Assembly: GCA_965644315.1 (NCBI GenBank)
Contig: CBFFRQ010000049.1
Location: 116,454 to 180,453 of the forward strand
Origin: Caecitellus pseudoparvulus
Lineage: Eukaryota; Protista; Bigyra: Bicosoecida
Length of the DNA: 64,000 bases
Direction of reading: 5' to 3'
Both the position numbers and the translations under genes were made by a program. Of the stretch, positions 23,591-35,100 are shown in pieces (within the stretch, counting starts at the first letter, position 1; each line of letters starts with the position of its first letter). The notes under the pieces were generated by a model that did not search any database, was not told where the DNA came from, and saw nothing but the letters and a program-made list of their open reading frames with translations.

Positions 23591-26500
23591 GTGCGCCCGA
23601 ACCCACACACTCCCTACCTCGCCTGCAGCTACTCTGTGGAGAATCTGCGGAAGCGAGAACACATGCGGTATCATCCTGAAATTCTGGGCCTACTCGATCA
23701 GTGGTTTTCAGCTGCGGGGGAGAAAAGCCGGAGTCATGGTGACGTGGTCTGGCAGGACATGTACAAAGCCATGCACCAGCGCCTGAGCAGCATTCTGGTG
23801 TCCAGCACTCTCTCTGCAGCAGAGAAGCTGCACCTGTTTGCGCGTGACTGGTTCATTGATTCCAAGGGGCGCCCTGAGCGTTATTTCCTGTCCCGGCGGC
23901 AGTTCTGTGACGCCATCTACGTCATGGTGGACCTTTGGGCAGACGGCATTGAGCGCAGCAAATACGCACGGTTCCTTCGTGGCCTGCTCAGACATGTCCT
24001 CGACGTAGCAAGAATCGTCAAAGCAAAGCGAAAAGCCGGGAAGATCGACCCCAACGACGTGGACGGTGCTGCCGTTTGGGGGCGAGTGAGGGCAGCTTGG
24101 CAGCATGGCGGGGCAGCAGCCCTTGCAGCTTTTTTGAAAGGAGTAAAAAGCAAGAACATTGTGAGCGGATCTGTAGCCGTTCAGCCATCAGCTCGTGAAG
24201 GCGCAGAAGCGTCTTTGCGCCCAGGGTCGCAGGACGCCAGCCCGGAGGACGAGGACCGGATGGCGCAAGTCGCGTCAGGGCACTTGCAGGAGCTGTCGGC
24301 GGCCGGCTTTGCTGTCGGCGACTCCCACTCTGATGCAGATAGCGTGTCAAGCGTCCGTTCAGCGAACAATTTCAGCAGGGTGTCGCACCGCCGGGAGCTG
24401 AGTCGAGATGGGGCTGTGCTGCCCATGGCAGTGTCGCTCGAAATGCTCTTGGGCAGCGCCAAAGTGCCAGCTGTTGCGTCGCCCAGTCGTCGCCAGCGTC
24501 GGGAAGAGACTTCCGAGGACGCGTTTCCGTTGCGAGTTGGCGATACGCCGAAGGTCCTTCCCCCCTCCCATGGCCCGCACCAAGCAGGCTCTCTGCGCGC
24601 TTCCAAACCTGCAGGGTCCCGCCCGAGCGCACCCGCTCCATTGCCGCGTCGCTCCAGGCGAAGTGTCAACATGCTATCTTCATTCGGAAGCCAGCAGCCA
24701 CGAAGTCAAGGCTTCACCCCTTTGCTTGATGATGACGAGTCAGGCGCGGCCAGGGCGAGGAACGCTCACTCTTTCATTATTCCCCGCTGGCAGAGTGGCG
24801 GCAAGGTCATCCCAGGCGAAGATTCGACGGTACACGTGCTGCCTGGGGGACAGGGGCAGCATGGGCCAGTTGAAGGAGACTCGGACTCCGCTCCTGAGCA
24901 GGGACCCGTGCGTGGCGAATCCGGGGCAACTTCAAAGGCAAGAACTGAGAGCGCGAGAGAAGAGTCCCAAGGAGGCTCACTTGGATCCCAACACCTTCTT
25001 GTAGATTCCAAGGACAGGGGCAGCTCAGCCACCAGCAGGCTTGCGCCTTCGCCTGTCAATCGAGAAGTCTCCCCTTCGGGAACGCGGAGGCGGCTGATTC
25101 ATGGAAAGCGTGCCATGTCGCGGGCTTCCACTGCAACCTCCGCCTCTGCATCCTCCACAGCTGACGCGCAGCCCATGATGGGATCTCCATCTCAAGATCT
25201 CTTTGCTGGCGTTGATGATGAGCAGGCTGCTAGTCAAGCAGTGGCTTCCCGCCGCAAACCGCGCTTTCGAGGCAGATTCCGCGGCACGAAAGCCGTGGAA
25301 TTGGCTGACGGCGGGCAATCTGAGGAGGCTGAGGAAGACACAGCCCTTCCATCCGAGGAAAACGGCGCAGTTGCAACGCCTCATGCAGTGCAATATGACG
25401 AACATGGGGCCCGGATTCGGAACTTGGCGAGCCAAGACGCTGTGCGCACTCGTGACATGGGCGGCTTCGGCGGCGAGGTCCCGTCTGACGATGATATTCT
25501 CCTAGCTAGTAGTAGTGGCAGCAGCAGCTCTAGTGTTGGGTCAGACGGCTCGGACTTTGCGCAGCAGGCTCGACAAGCAGCACTGCACGGCATTCGATCA
25601 GGCGGCAAGCGTGGGCATCATCGGCGCACGAGCAGTGTGGAGGCCGTGCAGGCAGCCATTGCCCGAGCTGCCAATGAGTCTGGATGGTCGGGCCTCACTC
25701 GTGGCTTTGAAGGCTGGGGTGGGGATGCAGGGGGTGAAGCAGTCGAGTGGGACTTCGAGCAGCATGAGGGACATGCCGGGGCTGCTGGCTCCCTCCTCGC
25801 GGGTGCGACGCATTCGAGGAAGGCCAGCGCGACCCTCCCCTCCAGTCCCCTCCACGCATCGCCTTCACCGTCCAAAGATGACACCCGTGAGTCGTTTCTG
25901 GTTCGCATGAAGCGTCAGCAGGCTCGATTGCAGGAGAAAGCGAGGCGCAGGGCGGCTGCTGCCAAGCACTCTGACAGCGCGGGGGCACTCGTCCGCCGCA
26001 CCAGCCGTGCTGCGATGCTCCCGACCTCCCACGGGTCTGTCATGGACAAACTGCTAAATGGTGATGCTCCTGACTCTGGGAGCGTTCCAGCTGCATCAAC
26101 GGGGGGCTCCTTGCCCTGGTGGGCATCACGAGAGGCACTAGAAGATGAAGCGTTGGCCGTCGGCGCCGTTGGAGGCAGCGCTGAAGCGCGGCGAAGGGTT
26201 TATAGCCGCGGAGGTAGGCGAGTGCGAGATCTTGAGGGTCCAGATGCCGTCGTCATCCCTTCGTACATCGTGCAGCCGGACATTCCAGACGCGGTGTCAG
26301 TCCTGTCAGGGGTGAGCAGCGACGATGAGGTAGGCGAAGCAGTGGAGGCACTGGGCGCCCTCCCCCGGTCCATTGCTGTGCAATCCCTTTCACCAGCAGC
26401 ATCTGCACTTGCCCTGGCTCTGCAGCACGAGGGAGTGCCTCTGCCGGCAGCAGATATGAAGCGCCTCACAACCATCGCGCTGGGCTTGACAGCTGGAGGG

Positions 26501-29038
26501 ATGCTGTCCCTCGCCCGCTTACGTGCTTTGCATGTTACACTCCTCCCGACGGAGGAATTCGCCAAAGGGTGGGTGGATCAGCCCCTGGACCCTGCCACGA
26601 TCGTAGCCGTTCACACTGCAAACCAACAATCTGCACTCAGGCCTTCGTCGGCAGGCAATCTGCAGGCCGAGGGGGCTTCGGCTGGGGAGCCCGCAGTGCC
26701 AGGTATTGCCAGTGGAGGACCTGCACGCACAGCGCTGGAAGTCGTGCAGCGAGTACTTCGGCGCCCTGCCTCAGCTCCAGGCGCCCTGCGCAGGCTGGCA
26801 AGCCGATACATCTCCTTTGGGGCTGAGAGAGGGGGCAGCAGGGGTGGGAGCAGGGGCAATTTTGTGAAGGATGAAAACGTTGGTGGTGGCGAAGATGAAG
26901 AGACTCTCGCCTTCCTCTTGATGCAGAGCCTAGCTGGTAGTGCGCAGGAGCCTGGCACGCCGCCTCGCCCAGCGCACCATGAGAGTGGGGGTCATCCTGC
27001 ACCTCCACGGTCCCCTGCGGAAGTCGTCGAGCAAGTGCTTCCTCTGCGAGTCCACATTCGACCCAGTGGGAAGGGCTTTGCGCGACGCACCCTCGCTGAG
27101 TGGGACGCTCAGCGGCCCAAAGATGCGACAGAAGAGTTTGAGCTGCCCCGCCCCATGACTGGATCTCGCTTGCTTCAAGAATACCGTGTGCCCCTCGAAC
27201 ACGAAGCTGTGCATCCACAAGGAAACATGTTTGGTCGTAGCAAGCAAGCGGCTGATGGCACTGGTGAGAGCGCCGGTCTATTGCCGTGGCTTGAGAGCGG
27301 AAGCGACGCTGGCTTGCACATGTCAAAGGACGATTTGCAGAGCACTCTGCACAGTGCGCCGGCTGGTGGGCATTCTCTGGTGCGTCAAATGGAGCGGGCA
27401 AGGCAAGCTGCTGCAGAAGCGAGTGGGGTGGGGCTGGATGGGCATGCCCCAGCCTGGGTGCGGCAGCGGTACAGGCGTGCAGCCCCCTCAGACTTGCACA
27501 CGTCAAGCACAGCGTATGGTCGGCACCCCCTTCCTCCGGGACAAGCACCGCACTTCCATTCCTCAAGCAGGCGAGTGTGGCCGCTGCATTCAACACACCA
27601 GCCCCCGCAGTTGAGGCAGTCCGACTTCGACGCTCCTCCGCTTGCTGGGACAGCAGAGGAGTTCTCGTCAAATACGCGGCAACGACTTCTGCAACGGCTT
27701 CCAAGTCTAGAACGATTGGTTGGTGAGGCGGGGATTGGGTACCATCCCGCCACTCATTCAGCCCGTGAAAAGGATGTTCGGGCGGCAATGGGGCGTCGGC
27801 GGCACCAAAATGCTGCCTTTGACACCTCCTCCGGCCCTGCTGCCCTTGCGGTGCCAGGTGGGGTGAATCTGTCTGAAGACTTTGGCAGTGAGGGCATTTT
27901 CACGCTTGGGGAATCGCCTGACTCCCCGGCCCATTTGCAGGCTGTGGACGAACAACTTCGCCAGTTCGGCACGAGCGCCAAAGCGAGGCACGTGATCGTC
28001 CCCTTGAACGGCAAATCGGGCGCCACGGTGGCATCCACTGTATCAGTGAAAGATTACCCCCGTGATTTGCTTGTGGGTCCATCTGGCGAGAGCGTGACTT
28101 CACTGGCGGGTGCGTCAGGGGCGCTGGATGGCATTGGAGCCCTCATCGTGCTAGCAGGTCAGGCAAGGTCCAACGGCAAGACAAGTGTGGCTACGACGCC
28201 ATCCCCTTATGATTTTGCGGAACTTCTCATGGGAGGTGTGCAAGCCCCAGGCGGTGGCTTTCCCGGCACACACGCGCTCAAGAGTGTGTGGCTCACGGAA
28301 GCTGTCCAGCACATGCTCGCTGCCAGTCGCGATCCGAGCCATGCAGAAACAACCGTCGATTTGCGCTCTGCGCTCCGAGAGTTCCTTTCTCAGGCACTGG
28401 GAGATGCTGCAATGGGTGCTCATGATCAGGGGCTCCTGGTGGTCGTTGGGCACAGTCTCATGAAGAGCATGATCGCTGCAGCCCAGGAGCAAGCACGCGT
28501 CCGCCTGTCGAAGCACAGGATGAGGACCCACCCCAGTGTCGCAAGCATGAAGAGCACAGCAAGTCTTTCATTCGGGGGTGACCTATACAGCTCACCATCG
28601 CTCAGCATGGGTTCACGTCAACGCAGCACCTCCCCGAAAGCGGCCCACGATGCCGCATGGCAGTCCGGCGTCAGCTTGCTGTTGACCGGCGGAGTCTCCC
28701 AAGAGTCCCTTCCAAAGCCAACGCCACCCACGGTACCATGGAGCCAACCACCGCCGCTGCCGCTGGGCAGCGGCCCATTGATGAGTATACGGTCGCTTCA
28801 GAGCGTGCGTGGGGACAAGCGGTCCAGGCGAGAACGGGCAGTGAGACCACCCATGTACGCCGACTCTGAAGACTGGAAAGACGCAGCAGGCGCAGACCAT
28901 GCTCATGCCGCAGGTCGAGCGGGTGAGGCTTTCCAGGTTCAAGGAGGGACCTCCGTGCTGCAGAGCAGGGGCGGGCGGGGAAAGCCGCTCGTCTCTGCCG
29001 GCCGCAAGGCGCTGTCTTCCAAGCTGCTGTCACCTTGA
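23591..29038 (+). CDS. Large uncharacterised, mostly low-complexity protein with a folded N-terminal region; the true start is probably in upstream exons (~23100-23600)
   Basis: 1815-codon ORF. The N-terminal segment (SVENLRKR...DWFIDS...FCDAIYVMVDLWADG...YARFLRGL) looks globular; the rest is rich in S, A, G, R and P. Confidence 0.7.
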   Translation: MRPNPHTPYLACSYSVENLRKREHMRYHPEILGLLDQWFSAAGEKSRSHGDVVWQDMYKAMHQRLSSILVSSTLSAAEKLHLFARDWFIDSKGRPERYFLSRRQFCDAIYVMVDLWADGIERSKYARFLRGLLRHVLDVARIVKAKRKAGKIDPNDVDGAAVWGRVRAAWQHGGAAALAAFLKGVKSKNIVSGSVAVQPSAREGAEASLRPGSQDASPEDEDRMAQVASGHLQELSAAGFAVGDSHSDADSVSSVRSANNFSRVSHRRELSRDGAVLPMAVSLEMLLGSAKVPAVASPSRRQRREETSEDAFPLRVGDTPKVLPPSHGPHQAGSLRASKPAGSRPSAPAPLPRRSRRSVNMLSSFGSQQPRSQGFTPLLDDDESGAARARNAHSFIIPRWQSGGKVIPGEDSTVHVLPGGQGQHGPVEGDSDSAPEQGPVRGESGATSKARTESAREESQGGSLGSQHLLVDSKDRGSSATSRLAPSPVNREVSPSGTRRRLIHGKRAMSRASTATSASASSTADAQPMMGSPSQDLFAGVDDEQAASQAVASRRKPRFRGRFRGTKAVELADGGQSEEAEEDTALPSEENGAVATPHAVQYDEHGARIRNLASQDAVRTRDMGGFGGEVPSDDDILLASSSGSSSSSVGSDGSDFAQQARQAALHGIRSGGKRGHHRRTSSVEAVQAAIARAANESGWSGLTRGFEGWGGDAGGEAVEWDFEQHEGHAGAAGSLLAGATHSRKASATLPSSPLHASPSPSKDDTRESFLVRMKRQQARLQEKARRRAAAAKHSDSAGALVRRTSRAAMLPTSHGSVMDKLLNGDAPDSGSVPAASTGGSLPWWASREALEDEALAVGAVGGSAEARRRVYSRGGRRVRDLEGPDAVVIPSYIVQPDIPDAVSVLSGVSSDDEVGEAVEALGALPRSIAVQSLSPAASALALALQHEGVPLPAADMKRLTTIALGLTAGGMLSLARLRALHVTLLPTEEFAKGWVDQPLDPATIVAVHTANQQSALRPSSAGNLQAEGASAGEPAVPGIASGGPARTALEVVQRVLRRPASAPGALRRLASRYISFGAERGGSRGGSRGNFVKDENVGGGEDEETLAFLLMQSLAGSAQEPGTPPRPAHHESGGHPAPPRSPAEVVEQVLPLRVHIRPSGKGFARRTLAEWDAQRPKDATEEFELPRPMTGSRLLQEYRVPLEHEAVHPQGNMFGRSKQAADGTGESAGLLPWLESGSDAGLHMSKDDLQSTLHSAPAGGHSLVRQMERARQAAAEASGVGLDGHAPAWVRQRYRRAAPSDLHTSSTAYGRHPLPPGQAPHFHSSSRRVWPLHSTHQPPQLRQSDFDAPPLAGTAEEFSSNTRQRLLQRLPSLERLVGEAGIGYHPATHSAREKDVRAAMGRRRHQNAAFDTSSGPAALAVPGGVNLSEDFGSEGIFTLGESPDSPAHLQAVDEQLRQFGTSAKARHVIVPLNGKSGATVASTVSVKDYPRDLLVGPSGESVTSLAGASGALDGIGALIVLAGQARSNGKTSVATTPSPYDFAELLMGGVQAPGGGFPGTHALKSVWLTEAVQHMLAASRDPSHAETTVDLRSALREFLSQALGDAAMGAHDQGLLVVVGHSLMKSMIAAAQEQARVRLSKHRMRTHPSVASMKSTASLSFGGDLYSSPSLSMGSRQRSTSPKAAHDAAWQSGVSLLLTGGVSQESLPKPTPPTVPWSQPPPLPLGSGPLMSIRSLQSVRGDKRSRRERAVRPPMYADSEDWKDAAGADHAHAAGRAGEAFQVQGGTSVLQSRGGRGKPLVSAGRKALSSKLLSP

Positions 29039-30895
29039 GCTTTGGTGATCCGCTGGCTCTGCTTCAGTAGACAAGGTGGATCGGTGTGAGATAATCTGTG
29101 GACCAAGGGCAGCCTCCTCGGCCAACTCCACCTGGGTTCGCTTCGTTGACAACCGGGATCGCAGAGCGCTCGGCGCGCGCTCGAGGCTGGAGATGACGTT
29201 GGAAACCTTCTCTTTGTTGTCATCCTTTGATAGCCAGGTGTCCAGTTGGGTCCCTACTTGATTCACGCAGGTGGAAACGAGCACTTGAAACGACCCAAGC
29301 ACAGACAAGGCGAGCAATGCAGCAGTTAAAACCGTCGGCTGACGCCGAACTAGGTAGGTGCACGATGCAGGCGCACACTTTTCGAAGTACCGGCTGTAGT
29401 CCGTCTTGAAGAAGTCTGGGTTGATCTTGATGGCATTTGAACCATCATCCGAGAAGAAGTCAAGGTTGCTGACGATGGGGCCGCCCAGTGGGGACGTTGG
29501 CAACGCAGCAGAGTCACCCACGGTGGAGACACCGCTCCGCAGCGGAAGGCCAAACTGCTGAGCAACGCTGGAGTTCAGCTCCACGAAGCCTTGGTATAAC
29601 GACTGCTGGAGGGGGCAGCCGAGGCCTCTGGGGCCGTAGAGAGGGCCGTACTTGAACATGTACTGTGGCAAACTGCGAACGAACTGCTGCTGGTCTGGGC
29701 ACAGCACCCGAAAGGGCTGCGATGGGAGGCCTGCTGGCAGGGGCTGGCCCGGGAAGAGTTCGTTGTGGAGGTGGAACGGGTCGAACCGGGCCTCAAAGGT
29801 GCAATTGCCTCGCGTCAGAGTGCTGTTGCAGTTGCAGCCAGGCGGGTTCGCCGTGCCTGGGACGAAACACACGTCCACTGCAGCAGTGATCCACTCATCG
29901 CCATAGGGAATGGGAATGGGGTTGTTCAGCGAGGTGCTCAGCCCGAGGGTCTGCTGGAAGGTATTGCTCTGCAGCATGAACCCAATAACGGCATCTTGCA
30001 CTGCCGTAGCTGCCGCAGCATCAAACTGCTCCACTGTGAGCAAGGAAAGGCCGAGGCTTGCAGACTGAATGCGCGGCTGCACGGCTGCCCACTGGAAGAA
30101 GAGGGTCTGGGCATACTTCGCCAAGACTGCTGCCAGCGTGGACAGACATTGCCGCACCAGATGTTCTGAGTGGGGCAAGAGGTGAGTTGTGTGGGCCAGC
30201 TCGCAGGTATCTTCGAAAGGGTTGGAGCCGTTGACTGCCTCTGCTCCAAACGCTTGCCCCGGTGCTGTCAACCCAAACAGGGTACGAAAGACGTTGTACT
30301 TGGGATCTGCGGCTCGTGGCAGATGTAGGGACACAGCCTTGCCCAGCCTGACAGGTTCTGATGAGGCACAACGGCATGTGGTGCCCAATTTCGGGGCGAC
30401 GTCTGGGGACCCGTCAAGCCCAAGGATGTACTGCCGGTAGCACTCGTAGCTGGTCAAGTGCGCTGGGCAGTGGATGTGCTCTTCAGCCGCACTCGCCGAT
30501 TCGGCAGCAGCTCGAGCTTCTGCTGAGGCATCTGAACTGAAGTACAGCGTCCCAGACACCGTGCGTTGCTGGGAAAGGATGACAAAGCCATATGCGACCA
30601 GCGCTGACAGCAGCAAAACGCCGAAACACATGGTCTTCCAGAAGCCAACTTGCACACGGTGCACATCCTCGACGTACACAGGTTCTCTGAACAGGTTCAC
30701 CGATCGCATCCACCAAATCCAGGGTGGGATGATGGCCTTGACCCTCGCCCGCACGCCGCCCACATTGGCGCCTCCTGCACCACTGTTGCGACCAGCCGCA
30801 GAGTCTGGCGTCGCTGGGCTCTGCGAGGCCATGGAGGGCGATGTCGCAACGGGGTTGATGACACTCCTTGAGGTGCTTCCCGATGAGCTGGCCAT
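29030..30895 (-). CDS. Uncharacterised membrane protein with two TM helices and a large Cys-rich loop (DEG/ENaC- or P2X-like topology)
   Basis: TM1 MCFGVLLLSALVAYGFVIL, a ~450-aa loop with many Cys and N-x-S/T sequons, then DYSRYFEKCAPASCTY and TM2 TVLTAALLALSVLGSFQVLV. Confidence 0.7.
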   Translation of the reverse strand: MASSSGSTSRSVINPVATSPSMASQSPATPDSAAGRNSGAGGANVGGVRARVKAIIPPWIWWMRSVNLFREPVYVEDVHRVQVGFWKTMCFGVLLLSALVAYGFVILSQQRTVSGTLYFSSDASAEARAAAESASAAEEHIHCPAHLTSYECYRQYILGLDGSPDVAPKLGTTCRCASSEPVRLGKAVSLHLPRAADPKYNVFRTLFGLTAPGQAFGAEAVNGSNPFEDTCELAHTTHLLPHSEHLVRQCLSTLAAVLAKYAQTLFFQWAAVQPRIQSASLGLSLLTVEQFDAAAATAVQDAVIGFMLQSNTFQQTLGLSTSLNNPIPIPYGDEWITAAVDVCFVPGTANPPGCNCNSTLTRGNCTFEARFDPFHLHNELFPGQPLPAGLPSQPFRVLCPDQQQFVRSLPQYMFKYGPLYGPRGLGCPLQQSLYQGFVELNSSVAQQFGLPLRSGVSTVGDSAALPTSPLGGPIVSNLDFFSDDGSNAIKINPDFFKTDYSRYFEKCAPASCTYLVRRQPTVLTAALLALSVLGSFQVLVSTCVNQVGTQLDTWLSKDDNKEKVSNVISSLERAPSALRSRLSTKRTQVELAEEAALGPQIISHRSTLSTEAEPADHQSSR

Positions 30896-31304
30896 CTTGA
30901 CTGCACCAGACGAGGAAGAGCAGGCGCCCGTGAGCCGACAACGGCTGCCCTCCACGCTCAGCAATTTCCGCACACCACGCCGCTACAAGCAGCAAGTGCG
31001 AAATGGATGTTGATGGTGGGGGCCTGGGCGCTGGCGGCCGCTGCTGCCACGTTGGTTTCATGGTAGGATGTTCATTTTGGTGTGCGGCAAAGAACTCTGG
31101 AAGGGCTTGCCAGCGCTCGCCGACAGGGCTCGGCGAAGCCTGGTCCATTTCAGGGGTCTATCCTGCCGACGCTGGCATGGAAGGCGGTCACAATCCCACG
31201 GCCGCCCGCATGAGCGAACTTCGTTATTCAATTCACCCTGTGGAGTGGGCCTTATATTTCCTGTGCACTCGGCTCAGCCGCGCACGCAGCCTTCGTGAAG
31301 CCAG

Positions 31305-31662
31305 GTCACCCTGGCGGGAGCGCCCACTAGTAATTTGCAAGTTCAAAGTGTTTTTTACTAAGTGAGAATCTTGTACTAGTGCGAAGACAATGGAAAAATA
31401 TCGTGCTAGTGTGAGCATGAGGGTCAGTGTGCACGCAGTCAGCTGTGCTAGTGTCAAGTCCGTGCTAGTGAAGTGCTTGAAAGCCGCAGAGGCGATGTGA
31501 AATACTAGTGTGCTTGGGGTTTGCCAAAACTGCACATCACCCTGTTCACTAGGGGTGGGTTGTGCGCTAGTGCGTCAGACCTGTCCAAAGCGTCGCTAGT
31601 GTGAGCGCGGTAGGCAGGATTCACGAGGGCCAGCTGTACTAGTGAGGTGAGCTGTACTAGTG
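31305..31662. repeat. Left imperfect TIR and subterminal CTAGTG array
   Basis: 11 CTAG between 31327 and 31660, 9 of them as CTAGTG. AGCTGTRCTAGTG occurs at 31441, 31632 and 31650. AGTGTTTTTTACTA-N6-AATCTTGTACTAGTG lies at 31347..31381. Confidence 0.85.
31307..31324 (+). repeat. 18-bp direct repeat, copy 1 (CACCCTGGCGGGAGCGCC)
   Basis: Identical to 38157..38174 and immediately followed by CACTA at 31325. Confidence 0.95.
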
Positions 31663-32183
31663 CAGCAGCAAGCTCGAGCTGACGTTGTGGGTGGAGCAGA
31701 CCTCTCTCGTACACACACCAATAAACACAATGTTGGTGCAGTCTTCGACTCTGTGTGCCATCTTCATCGTTGTCTCACAACTACCACGGCTTTTGTTTGG
31801 ACCATGATCATGCTATCGGGCTAGGAAGAGCCCTGCGTCGACTGGTGTGGCGTTTCGCTTCTAACGGGTTCTCCGCGCCTCTCCCATGCGGAACCGGGTA
31901 GGACTCCCACCAGGTCCCCGGCCCCTGGAAAACCTACCATGACTTATGCTTAGGTTTGGCCGGCCCTGGCGCCTTGTGGTGGGCTTGTGCTAGCGGTGTT
32001 GGACGGCTTCGCCGTGATGCAAGTGCCTGGCGCACGCAGCTTCGCAACGTTCGCTGCCACAAGACAGGCTCGGTGCATTGGCATGGATGAAATGTGAGGG
32101 AGGCCTGATGAAAGGTGGTCCATCCGTGCTGCAGCATGGAACTTCTCTTGTCAGCCAGCGTGTGGCGCAAAGCTCTCACAAGC

Positions 32184-35100
32184 TCAGTGCTGCCGCGCTG
32201 TGATGGTCGGCAGCCAGAAGAGAACCGGGTCACCATCCGGCTCCTCTGTGTAAGTGTGCCCCTCCACTACTGTGGGGTGAACCACCGCTGGAGCGATGAG
32301 AACACTGCCACCCACTGCGTTGGCTGGGGGGGCGACATCCAGCGGGTTCACGTACTTCCATCCAGCTATACATGCGTGGGCCTCGTCTGGGTGCAAGAAT
32401 GTCCCCAACAACACCACCTCCTCAATCGAGGCATCTTTCTCATGGTCCTGGGGTGCATCACCAACAAGAGCAGCGACAGCACGGAACAACCCACTCCCAA
32501 TGGCTGGCGCGGCTGCCCCTTGTTGCTGCTCCTCACGCACAACCACGAAAGCGGGGAAGCACAGCGTCGACGTGTTCCCGCCTGGGAAGCACATCAAGAC
32601 GGTGCTGCACAGCCGTACTTGTCCCACCATCCTATCTCCAGTACCAACTGTGCTGGAGACGCTCTGCAGCATGGTATTCACGTCCCCTAGAGGTAAGACC
32701 CCATCCAGAGCCATTCCGGCCACGCAGGGCTCCAAGGCTGCGCGGATTGTGCGGGCCAGCCCACTGTCTTCCCTGTCGAGCAGTTGCCAGACAGTGATTG
32801 GTGATCGGAGGACCTCGCGAGCCTTTGTTACAGGGGACAGGTACGGCATCTCTGGCAGCGGGCTGCCTTGCAGCAGGCAAGCAAGCTCTTCCCCAGCCAC
32901 CTGTGATGAGGCGCTCGTCACCCATGCCTCGCTTACCAGCATGTCTCGGCGGATGGATGCGTACGTCAACAACTTTGGCATATTGGCTGCCCCAAACGCA
33001 GAGTTGCACAGCTTCCACAGGCGGATGAGAGCGGGGTGCCGGCCCTCCCCGTTGTCAGTGTCCAGCGCTGCAACTACCCCAAAGCCTGCCACAGCTGCAG
33101 GAAGGTGCTGTATCTCGTGGGCCTTGGGATAGTGTGTGCTGGTGTCGCATGAAAAACTACTCCCTCCGGACTTGGAGGCTGCCTCTTGCACAAGCTCAGC
33201 GATCAGCTCCTGCGTGCCAACCATCCGAGCTAGCCAAACCTGCATGCCAAGCAGGGCCGCTTCGTCCAGTGTGTCTCGCACATACATGTATGCCTGTACT
33301 ACCAGTGTACAGTGACACAGCACTTGCACCATGGTGTGCAGCTGGGGATCAGCAATAATGTCTTGGTTGTGTCCGACGATGAGTGGCAACCACTGCGCCC
33401 TGCTAACGCGCTCGGCCGACCGCATCATACCCCCAGCATTCTGCCGCCATGGCAGTGCTCTTCCTCCATCAAGCCGAGTTCCGTTTATGGTCACACCCTT
33501 GACGGCCTCCCATCGGCTTTTAAGGAGTGCTTCCCTCGCAGCAAGTCCTGGACCGACAGTCATCGCAGCTAGGACAAACCTTTCGCAGCGGGCCGCTACA
33601 GCCCCCGTGTCGGCCGCGTGGATGGGATCTGGAGGCCTCAGGAAGCACAGCCGGGTTCCTAGTACCTTCTCAGCCGCTTCCCACGCGCTGAGTGCCCCTC
33701 TGCGATGTCCAGTGGCCGCGGCTGCCTCATCGCTGCCGGCTCCCTCTCCCCCTACCCTGAGCTGACAGTGTTTCAGCGATGCCAGCGAGGACAGCTGTGG
33801 ACCGGGGACACAGCGACACTGCACGCACCGCCGATGGAGCAAGTCAAACTGATCCCACGCTTCCACCATGTCCGCCGACAGCTGGATAATGCAAGGCATC
33901 ATCTGCACATACTCCACCAGCTGCCTCGGGCGACTGTGTGCGGTCACCTGTGACACCCTGTACCCAGCAGACTTCAGTGCAAGGGACTGCTCTGGAGTCA
34001 CCTCCTTGGGAATGCCGCCCATCTTCTGGATCGCGAGCAAGGGTTGGAGGACAAGGCTCAAAACCATGGACTGTGCTGCTTGTGCTGTGGCCGCAGCCGA
34101 AGTCAGGCCCGCCTCTCGCAGCACGTTGTCATCCTTGGGAAGTCTCTTTGGGCTCGGGGGCATGGCGAGCAATGTTGCCCTGTGCGCCTTGCGCATGGAG
34201 GCAGCATCCCCCGCAAGCGGCCAGAGCATCATGGGATACAATGCATGCTTCCCAGCCCCATCAGGGTGCACTTCGTCCATGAAAATGACCAGCGGCATGG
34301 ATAGCGCCCCGCGCGCCTTGGCGCGTTCAGCCGCATTGCGCAGGAAGACGCCATTGGATGGATGGCTCCATGTCTGTCCTGCCGCCCCAGCTTCGGATGG
34401 ACGGAACTGTTTTTCAACGCTGACCGGATCTCTGAGGCTACAATGGCCAACCTCGAGGGGGGCAGGGAGCGAGATCTCCCCACCGCCCGGTAGCTGCAAG
34501 GCGTCCTTCATGCGTCTCCAATGCGCTGTCGCCAGCCCGTCTGCAAAGTGGAACTTTTCTTTCACCTTCATGGCAGCGCTATTGTGTGCTGGCAGCTTAA
34601 GTGTTGATGGGAACCACTCTGGACTGGCGACGCCACCTCCTCGGTGAGGGGCGAAGTCCTCCAGTGGTACTTCGGCAGCCGTGCGTATAAGCACGTCCCA
34701 CAGTGGCATGGAAGGCACTTCGCACTGTCCACCTGCCAGTCCCTTGGGTAAAGGTACAGTGATGGAGATCGGGGAGGGGGTTCCTTCCGCGGCGATCTCC
34801 AGCAGCTTGTCGATGCTTGGCACCATGGGACACTGTGGAGCTGTGCGATGCTCCTGACGAAGAAGCACCTCAGAAGTCTTGATCGTCTTGTTGTGCTCCT
34901 TGATGATCTCCGTCAGCACACTCTTGCTGGCGTTGAAGCGCAGCAGACACTTGAGTATGGTCCGGCCCATGCCCCCTCCAATGCCTCCACCACTACCCGC
35001 ACTCTGTGCTGACAGCCGATCAGCGTGCGCTATGGCTCTGGCGACCAGCTCGGTGTGGCGTGGAGGGATGTGCTTTGCTGCTCCGGGTTGCTTTCGTGGT

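Noticed and set aside
31325-31662. CTAGTG array as a CRISPR array or tandem satellite
   Set aside because: Units are only 6-13 bp with irregular spacing, the context is eukaryotic and no cas genes are present. Transposon subterminal repeats explain it better.
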